64,000 nucleotides of DNA, taken from positions 7,897,166-7,961,165 of the forward strand of contig OZ199839.1 of the NCBI GenBank assembly GCA_964304625.1. The letters run 5' to 3'. The notes beneath the pieces are model-generated. The model searched no databases. It was not told where the DNA came from and saw only the letters and a list, made by a program, of their open reading frames with translations. Shown piece after piece: positions 54,301 through 64,000 of this stretch. The translations under genes and the position numbers were made by a program. Each line of letters opens with the position of its first letter. Position 1 is the stretch's first letter. Source of the DNA: Kudoa neothunni. Its lineage: Eukaryota; Animalia; Cnidaria.

Positions 54301-55225
54301 AATAGCGTTACTAAATTATATCCTCTATCAAGACAAAATTTACTGATATACACTGTTTATAGAGCAATAGCCATCACACGCATGACTATATCATCACACA
54401 GAATCCGACTAAAAAAACTCTTGGGATGTTTTTGAATATGATTCATCGTCATAAATGCCCGCTAGTTATTAATGCAAATAATTTGGCATTATTCGATTGC
54501 TGTAGGCCTGTAACCGTTTTATTTATCTTAGATGATTTTATCTAAACAGATTTTTGGTAGATCCCATCGTATTATATACCAATAGACGATGATATTGAGG
54601 CAGAAATTTTCAAAAATCACACTCTCAATTCGATCACACCTAATATCAATTCTCATTTGAAATTTTGTGCACTGAGACAATACAATTGTCAACTGTCATG
54701 CAAACTAAGTGATAATAAACATAACTTTACTATCATCTCCATCCATACGACCCCCAATCAAGTTACTCCCAATGACGACATTGCTATCGTATGCAGATTA
54801 ATAATGCGAATGATTGGCAGTAGAAAAAAAACTTTTGGCGGTCCCATAGTCGTCCATTGTGTGTAAGTGTTTATATGGATTAAACATTATTTTTCGTTTA
54901 ATAACTTATTTGAATTTACTTACTATTGATCTCTAGTGAAGGAGGACCAACTTCTGGAATATTGGTAGCTAGCTGTATTCTAGTGGAACAATTTATCAAT
55001 TTTGGATTCACCAATCTTCCGGTTACGATAAGAAATTTGGTTAGACAACGAGCAAATCTCATAACCACCAGGGTATTGCCATTTTCGGTTGATGTATGTG
55101 TTAATCTTTTATATTTAATAAAGGCACAGTATAAAACTGTTTTCAATATTGTGAAGCACTTTATTCGAAACTACATAAAATCTCCTTATCCTCAACCTTT
55201 ATCGTATCCTTATGTCAAATTTTAG
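48349..55225 (+). CDS. Receptor-type protein tyrosine phosphatase-like (signal, 2 Ig, FN3-like repeats, TM, two degenerate PTP domains)
   Basis: Signal MVFSKQLFLLATLLLL. Ig motifs LIWLKEG..DNGRYSC and LSC..FEWF..YHCVVSNKVG. FN3 NLTSHYDYVVRVS. TM IVVYSALFCVVVGTLLIILAIFVY. D1 PVVLHCKNGIDKCGT. D2 YINASLI, YIITQNP, GPIVVHCVEGGPTSG, QRANLITTRAQY. Confidence 0.85.
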
Positions 55226-56788
55226 CATTTCATATTTCTGCGCTGGGAGAAATTTATTTTTGTAGTTTATTATTTTTCTGCGATGCCCATGTTTTTATGC
55301 CTATTTCAAATAAAATAAATCTATTATGTCTTATACATTTTAGTAGTTTTTTTTATTATTATATCATGAAGAAAATAAATTAATTCAACGATCGTGGTGA
55401 AGTTTAAAAAATTTTCGAGAGGTCATTTTAACCAAGCGTGTTTTAAAATGAAATGGGACTTCTTATAATACAAAGCTAAGTTATAATCATAAATGTTTGT
55501 AATTTTTTTATTTATATCTAATAATTTCACTATTAGATATAGATTTATAACAAGTTATACATTGCAAAAACAACGATTCATTCTCGTTAGATTCAAAACC
55601 CGCCAGCTGTGATTTTAATTGTGGTAAACTTTCCGGGTAAATAATGAATTCTCTGATACACAATCGTATGAAGCACAGTAAGAATAAATAAAAAAAATTC
55701 ATTGAGACAAATATAATACAGAAAATGTTCATGACAAAAACTTCGTGTATTCTTCTAATTTAGTACGATCATTCTCGAAGAAAGGAAGCACGATATTCTT
55801 AAAGAGATATACAGAGTCAATTTTCCTAGTAATATTCAAACAAAGTAAGAAATTTGTTTCTTGTTTCTTACAGATAAAATATTAATTGATTTATAGCATT
55901 TCACAAACAAAAATTTTGAACAAATATAACAAAAATTTCGAAGAGCATGTGATTGTGAAAATTTAGATTTGTGAAATCAAGGCATTTATAGCTTATATTA
56001 CTTTTTTGGGATAATAGAATCTAGTTTAACCCAGTTGAATGATGCTTAGTGTCAATTATTTTTTATTTGTAAAAGAAATTCAGCCAGAATATATTTTAAC
56101 TACAACAAAGATACTTACACTATGTGGTTGGTGTTCTGGTTTCCCTAAATCCTTATCAAAATTAACAGAGTAAGAGATTTTTGAAGTGTATTAATTCCTA
56201 CTATTTTAAATAATTCATCACTTTAGAATATCTGACAAGTGTCGTAATCTTCCGAATATTTAGAGAGAAATATGTTTTACGATAGATATACCGTCGAATC
56301 CTACTAAATATTGATTTTACATCTTGAATATAATGGATTTACCAATATTTTATATTTCTAACATGTATGTGATATTAATTTTCCAAATATGATTGTAAAA
56401 TACATTATAAATTTAGTCTTAATAACTTTTTAAAAGAGTATTCGTTTTTACGTGTAAGGTTAAATTTTCGGATTTTTTGACTAGAGTCAATTTCACCCAC
56501 GCGTGTTTTCCTGTATATTTTTGTGCGTTTTCCGAAGGATTAATTTCGTATAAGTATCTATTTTATTGTCAAGTGGGTGCTTCTCGTTGCGATTTTTTGG
56601 TGAACTCTTAGTACAGGATTGATTTTCCATGACCGTTTCGTTCTAAGTGATTTTACTTTAACTTAATAAAATACACTAAGTTAAAGCTAGATTTATCTTC
56701 AATTATTATTATTATTATAACTCCTAAAATAATAGTGCTTCAATGCTTTTATAACGAATTAATATATATATATATATATATATATATA

Positions 56789-58356
56789 CAGTATTTCAAG
56801 ATCTAAATGCAATTAGGTAAAACCAAAATGCAACTGCTTAAGATCAAAATGCAACATTTTTCTTTCGTTGGATATTTAAACTAATTATTGATAATCTCCA
56901 TATTTATACACTTTGGGAAATATGATTCAGCATGATTTGAATAATTATTCAAATGATTAACAGAAACTTCCGCTGGACTCTCCATAATAGTGGCCATCAA
57001 TTGTTCATGATTTTGAGGATATCTGTTTCTCACAATGGTTTTCACTTGGTGAAAAAACTCCTCAATAGGATTGAGGAAGGGGGAATAGGGCGGAAAAAAC
57101 AACAGTTTTTGATTGCTTGACTCTACAAGCTCAGTTGTGGTATTCGTTTTATGGAACCGAACATTATCCATTATGAGGAGAGCACGTTCGACCCCCTCGT
57201 TAGCTAGATCATCAAATAACTTGCTGATGAAATTATAAAATATATTTTGGTTAACGGATCCACTTTCCAAATGGAAGGTTCAAACCTTTTCAGCACTTAT
57301 AGCAGTTATTAAGGTTATATTTTTTGAGTGTACGCTCTTTACTTTGAGATTCGCTCCTGTTCCAGAGAGTGATCGCCCAAATGATCGCCGCATGGATAAT
57401 GAAAATCCCGCTTCATCAATGAAAATCACTGACGAATACATGGGCTTATTTTGTAAATACTCAAGCACATAACTATTTGATGTAAATAAATATCATAACT
57501 AAAATAATAACTTTTTTCTCTTTATAATGTTATTTGGCGAATTTCTAGCTAACGGGACGATCGAAATCCGTTTCAAGGTATAATGAAAATCACATAAGCA
57601 TTTACTTACAGTTTGTCTGGTTACTTCGATATTAAATTCGTCCAGAAGTTTTTCAGCGATTGTTTCCAAGATAACGGTGTAATCGTCATCCACTAATTCA
57701 CGAATATACTGTTTGTGAGATTCATCCAATTTCGATCTTCTGTCGCCACCCTTTTTTGCTGCTATTTCAGCCCCATTTTCTAAGCTTTTGCGTAATATTC
57801 TTCCAATGGTGGATTTATGAACGCCCGTTTATTCGGCAATAAAACTGTTTGTATAATTTTCCTAATAAATGTAAACTAAGAAAGGCAACAAAATAATTGC
57901 TTTCGATAACGTGACAACAAGATTCCTAATTTCATCACTGAGAGTAATGTATTTTCTTTTAGGAAGGTTGTTGTTTTGTTGGTTATTGCCGAGTGCTGAC
58001 ATTTTAACTTAGCGTGCGCTGAATTTACAAAAATTAAAGTTAAATGTCATGCAATTTCCTATTTAATTGAGATTAATCTTCAGAATTCATCTTTAGTTAT
58101 TAATAAGAATCATTGTTTAAATGATGGCATCGACGCAAAAACGGTAGCTTATAACTAGTTTGTAAGATGATCGTAGTAATTCAACTTAATTAAATTCTAA
58201 TAGTTTATTTTATGAGGTGTAACGTGTGATCGGCGCTTAAATTATATAATTATCAATTAAAATATAAGTTTTTTAGTTCTTGTATGAAAATTATGCGTCC
58301 ACGCTTATGGGTTTCATTTTGATTTTACCCAGTTGGATTTAGATCTTGAAATACTG
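56789..58356 (-). mobile_element. Tc1/IS630-like DD34E transposon, full length, inserted in a (TA)n tract; transposase 58002-56881 with two nonsense codons
   Basis: ~45-bp TIRs starting CAGTATTTCAAGATCTAAAT, flanked by TA. HTH regions, then VIFIDEAGF, LIMDNVRFH, PPYSPFLNPIEE (34 residues between the second D and E). Confidence 0.95.
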
Positions 58357-59987
58357 TATATATATATATATATACATGATATTCTTAGAAAGAAATTATG
58401 GTTTACATGAAGGGAAACTTATTTCCTCATTGATTTTTGTCACTTATTGTTTATAAATATAAATAGATACGAATAATAATTTAATTAAATTTAATAATAT
58501 TTAACAAAAAATTAGAAATTATCTGAACTGTTATAAGATTTAATAACCTTTTTTACAACATAACAAAAACCTATAAATATAGTGATACTTCAAAAATGTA
58601 GTTAATTATATATAAATTAAATTTTTCCGCAGATAATAAAATAAGAGCATTATTGATTAAATTTTAAAATCACATTACTTCCTATATATAATTTATTAAC
58701 TTTTTCATAGTTCTTTGAGATACCGTATGTTTAGCAATTATTAAAAAATGCATTATCGTCATAATATATTTCTATAATTCAAATATAGGTCTCTAAAATT
58801 CTGAAATCGTTGATAATTTCTCATCGAATAATTTTCTTCGATAAATTGATATATATGGTTAAGTTATAAAGAAAGTTTTATTGAAGTCAAAATTGAATAT
58901 TTAATGAGATTATTGTTACGATGAGCATAATTAACTTTTAATTGTATTGCAACACATTATTTTCCCATGAATATTGAGTATTAAAAGATTTCATAATAAA
59001 AAATTAAACGGGATAAAATAACAATGAAAAATTCAAATCAGGGATGATTTTATATTGGTCTAATTTTTCGTTTAAATATTATGATAATCGAATAAAACGT
59101 ACGAAATTGTACCGGTATTTAATACATTTTTGATTATTATATCAAATTTACGCAAATGCGAGCAATTAAATATTATTGTAATTCATTATAAATATTTGTC
59201 GATCAAATTATTATTCCGTAGGAAGTAATTCTATATACTGCTTTAAAATTATAATTATTAACGAGTGTCTTCAGGATTTAATATAATATTTTATTGGATT
59301 TTTAAAATAGGTTTGATATAGCGTTATTAGTTAAAAGATTTCATGCACCATCTATGAATATTCTTATAGGTCATTTTTTAAATTGTTTTGCCGGTTATAT
59401 CTGAATAGAAGTTAAATTTTACCCTCCTTAAGAAAATAAATATTGTTGAATTTAACATTTGAGTTATTTTATAATCATATGGATCCCATACTTTAGAAAT
59501 GACAATAAATTGTTTTACGTATACGAAAACCTCTTGAACTTTACCTGAAATAATAACTTATATGACGTACTTTTATAAAATAATCAATGTCATGAGAATC
59601 ATACAACCTCTTATATTTTTGATTGTAAATATGTGAATGGGTATTATACTGTGATAAATTGTTTGCGCTTGATTTCCTTCTGATTATTTAGAATCTATCT
59701 GATTTCTGCGATATTTATTTCAATTAATAATCAGGGTAATAAATTATTTCCCGTCAAAATATTAGTTAAGATGAATTAATATTTCCGAAATATTTGTATT
59801 GATGCTTCATTGAGTTTAAGTCGAACAATAATTCTGTATACATATATACATATATATATATATATGTATGAATTATAATCTGATCAAATTTTTGATTTTT
59901 ATATTGAACGATAGTTGTCGTTCAATATCTTGTGCAAAATATAATGAAGCATTTTATCCATCTTTTGGGAATTTATACTTTTCTGTC

Positions 59988-62860
59988 ATGTATGTACACA
60001 TACGACTAAAAATATTACTGATAACATATAGCCTACTTTTCTCTTACATACACGCAAACGACCCAGGGAAGTGCTTCAAATTTAGTCTCTACTGAAAGCA
60101 CATTAACTTACAAACTTGTAAAAGAGGCAAGTGAACTGAAGATTAATTTGATATTAAGTGGACCCGATTATACTGGGGGGAAAAATTGTCATATTAAACA
60201 ATCCAACAAAGATGACACAAATCTTAATGAAATTAACCAATGCCCTGGTGATACTCACAACACAGATAATACCAAATGTGTTTGGACATGCTCAGGAAGT
60301 GAAAATAAATTAACTTTTGACAAGTCTTCTTCGAGTGCAAAGTATATTGCCGTTTTTACAGAAAATAACGCAGGAACCGCAGCAACAAAAAATAATAATG
60401 GGGCTGTATTTGGTTTAGAATTTCGTAATTAAAGCATCTAATATTTTTTATAAATTTTTATTAGCATTATTGGTCAACCCGCAAGTAACAATAACGACAA
60501 ACGGCCAAAAATTAAAATTGAGCACAAAAACTTGTACACCGGTGAAATGTACGATATTTTACAAAGATGTTCAATATAACAGTGGAGCAGCTCAGGAAAG
60601 TTGCACCACAAATATTGAAAGTGAAGTGGAGTTTAATTTGATGATTCCACATTATGAAATAAAATGCGATAATTATCCCAGTTTCTTTTATACACTGCAA
60701 AATAAATATACTCTACTAAACATTGAGATTTATCAACCACAATATTACGTGACCTCTATTTCAGATGCTACAACGAAGTATATGGTAAAGTTTACAAACA
60801 AATTTCCCTTCGAAATGTGTCTTTTCAAAATAAAAGACGTGTCAACAACTGGCGTTAGCAATGACTACACATCAAAATGTGGTTCAGAAATGAGAAAATG
60901 TTATGCACCTTGTAATAATGTAGAACTGGAATATACGGCTTCCAAGTCTGTTGTTGAAATATTAATTCAAACTAGACACGTACCAATGACCATAAGTGGA
61001 AAAACCTATGAAGGATATAATCAGAAAAAATTTGGTATTTCATGGATATTTACTTATTTATAACCTTCTTATAGTTATCACAGGAACTACCACTCCTACC
61101 CTATTGTCAGCTCACACACCTACTGGCGTTACATTAAATGTTCAATTGTTTAAGCCAGATGGTGTACCTAATTTTGAGAGATGTACTGTAACTTATTATG
61201 AAGCGGACAAACCTAAACCTGCTGTTCCTGGAAACGCGAAATGTGAAGACGACAGTCAAACCTGTAGAACAGAGTGCACTACTGCTCTAAAGATTACAGA
61301 ACTTTCTAATGGAAAACCGTATATTCTCGAAATCGCAGCAGGAAATGGCAATGGTATACTTGCTAATTTTAAAGAACATATATTTTTTCGAACAGGTAAT
61401 ATAATATAAAAAAAAAATTTTTTAATAAATATATAGAAAAGAAACCTGGTTCTACCTATTCAACGACAAATCCGACAGTAACGGATACAACTGCATCAAT
61501 TAGAGCAATAGATAATAGCGAAGCACTCAACGAACAAGACAAGACTTGTGCTTACTATATAAGCCCTCATGGAAAGGATGTATATGTGTGTGCCATGTGC
61601 GAAGATAGTGATCCTTGCAGGGGTTTTTTGTAAGGATTCTCAAAAAATTATTGGGTTAATGCCCGGAACTAAATATGACCTAAAGGTTGTTGCACATGAC
61701 GATTATGGGGATAAGATACACCAAATTACAACGAGTATATAAATAATTGACCTCGAATTATATAACTAATTTTCTTTTAAGCATTGTCAACGCTCACATT
61801 ACAATCGGAATTTATAGAAAAAGGCTTCAAAGTGACTGGTGTACTGTCAACACCATATCCTACAGCTGTTTGTCACTATAAAGTAAACGTAAAAAAAGGG
61901 AATGAATCAAAGTTGGTCTACCAATGCCCACCATTGGCTTCTACAACAAACACTGGCCCATCCTCCAATGCACCAAAAACTTCTAAAATAGCACTAGCTA
62001 GGACAACTAATGGACAACAACCACAGAACGTACCGCCTTCAAATAAAAAAACCGGAATCACCTCATGCACACAACCTCCATTGTGCACTGATATTATATT
62101 CAATGAAGGATACGAAGCAGACAAGGAATATGATGTTTTAGTTACGGCTGTTGGCAGATCTGTAGAAACTACCGTCGAAATACCCATAAGTAATAAAACA
62201 CCTTATTCTAAATTAGTTAAATTTATATTTTAATTACGTTTTCAAAATTATTAAAAATATGTACAATAATTCTAGTTATACTAAATTTTAATGTAGATCC
62301 ACAACCTACCCCCACTAATAATCCAATCAAATTAACCGTGGTGTTTACAAGAGAAGACAAAAACATAATAATTAAAACTTCTCTTCCTACTGGTGTCGAT
62401 GAACAGTCGTTATGCAAATGGGAATTGAAAAATTGGGATGATCCATCAAAACCAATCGTCCAAAAATGCATGGCAACTGGTGAACAAGGTTGTTCTGTTT
62501 TTCCATCGTGCAAGGAATTTACAATTTCCAATGTGGATAACACCAACAATTACCGTTTGATGTTGTATCATAGTACCAATAACAATATCTCTGGTTTTGT
62601 CGAGATCCAGAAAGGTAATTGATTAAATATTATTGGTCATTATTTCTGATATTTTGATTAGATGATGAATCAAACAAATCCATGTAACATCAAGTTGTTA
62701 AATTATAATTGATTTACTTTAGGTCAAAAAATACAATGTACTTATTGATGGAGATATCTTGTTAATCAATTATTTTAGAATTATTGCTGTAGTAGTTCCT
62801 GCGCTCATCATTGTCGTTGGTGTGGGATTCTATTTCGGATATTGGAAAAATAAAAACTAG
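59988..62860 (+). CDS. Orphan type I membrane protein with about 7 Cys-containing FN3-like modules; apparent +1 indel near 61620-61629
   Basis: Signal MYVHIRLKILLITYSLLFSYIHA. Modules ending in FN3-like strands (LSNGKPYILEIAA, GLMPGTKYDLKVVA, YEADKEYDVLVTA, VDNTNNYRLMLY). TM IIAVVVPALIIVVGVGFYFGYW and tail KNKN. Confidence 0.75.
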
Positions 62861-64000
62861 ATTTTTATTTATGAAGAATTCTTTCACAAATTGATGTTCG
62901 ATTTAGAGACAGGATTAATATTATATCATATGCATTAGTTATTTATCAGATTTCTTCATTACATACTTTTAACAGCATAATTATTTAGTTTAATGCAAAT
63001 TTATTTATTCGAAAATTGTATTTCTGTCTTGATTTTTTATTTATTTGGAAAAACTAAAACATAATTTTTTCAACGGTGTATTAATTGTTATTAGAAAATG
63101 ATAATAAATTTTTGTTATAAATTACTTCTTTTATCTTATGACAATTAGTAGAGCATGGTGCCTATTAAAACGGGTAAAATTTTTTGAAATAATATATTGA
63201 AGTACTTTTGATTGTAAATTAATTGTTTTGATCATAAAACCTAATAATTTATAATAAATTAATCATCAATTTATGAGCTAACCTAGAAATCCTATATTAT
63301 TTGTGTCATTTATAATTTAAATGATGTACTAAATAAATAGTTTGATGTAGAATGTATTTTTCATCGTATTGCCAAACAAACAAACAAATTAATTAGTAAA
63401 CATGAATACTCTCAATTGATTTTTGGTTTTTTGAATAAGCCTTTTAATTCCGAATATCATTATGGTTGGAAAATACGTTTAAACCTAGTTAATAATAAAT
63501 GTAGAATCCACCTGAAACGAGGCTAAATAATTTTTTTCATGATGCATTTTAATAAATATAACGAAACACGTTAGTATTATCAATACATATCAGGCAGTGC
63601 TTATTGCTACGGGAGGGAATAAATCCTAATCTAAGAACCCAGTTAAAGTTTGAAATTCACATTTGTAATTAATGATTTTTGTCCTAATATAATTAATTGT
63701 TTTGGAAAAAATTTGAGTTACTGATATTTCTAATATTATGACTATAAATTTCGTGCTTTATGTTTTGTTATGAGTAATGTTAAATACATATTTTAATTTG
63801 TTCCTAATAAAAATTTCGTTAACTAAAAAACCAAATATTAGACAATGTGTTTTAGGTATAAAAACGCCCATCCCATTACCTCTGATTGAACCTAATATGT
63901 TTAATCTAGCTCAGCTAATGTAATCTGTTAAAATATGTTTATCTATGTTTTTATAAAATGAAATAATTGTATTAGTTATATACAGTAAGGTCTCGATATT

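Noticed and set aside
20109-61633. Programmed frameshifting or RNA editing as the shared cause of the CZIB and surface-protein frameshifts
   Set aside because: Both are single-base gains in homopolymers with no stimulatory structure seen. Assembly error is more parsimonious.

Overview
Very AT-rich eukaryotic DNA with short spliceosomal introns (mostly about 35-60 nt, GT...TAG), so the ORF track shows only exon fragments. A secreted protein with nematocyst-like architecture, the tiny introns and the fast-evolving metazoan genes suggest a reduced cnidarian such as a myxozoan; this is an inference. Host genes reconstructed by eye: FKBP6/shutdown-like (-), RPL10 (+), CIAO1 (-), CZIB/DUF866 (+), PIF1 (-), a gamma-glutamyl transpeptidase carrying a signal peptide, KR propeptide and Cys/polyproline module (-), an Ig/FN3 receptor tyrosine phosphatase whose two PTP domains both look dead (+), and an orphan type I membrane protein of repeated Cys-rich FN3-like modules (+). 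Between them lie decayed transposons: Merlin (IS1595-like), Mutator, hAT, Tc1/IS630-like, Penelope-like RT and several MITEs. The strongest leads are the capsule-type GGT with an altered substrate site, a ~11 kb nested transposon block with every element on the same strand (unistrand piRNA-cluster-like), and a Tc1/IS630 transposase with two 39-nt introns. All translations and splice calls are manual and unverified.
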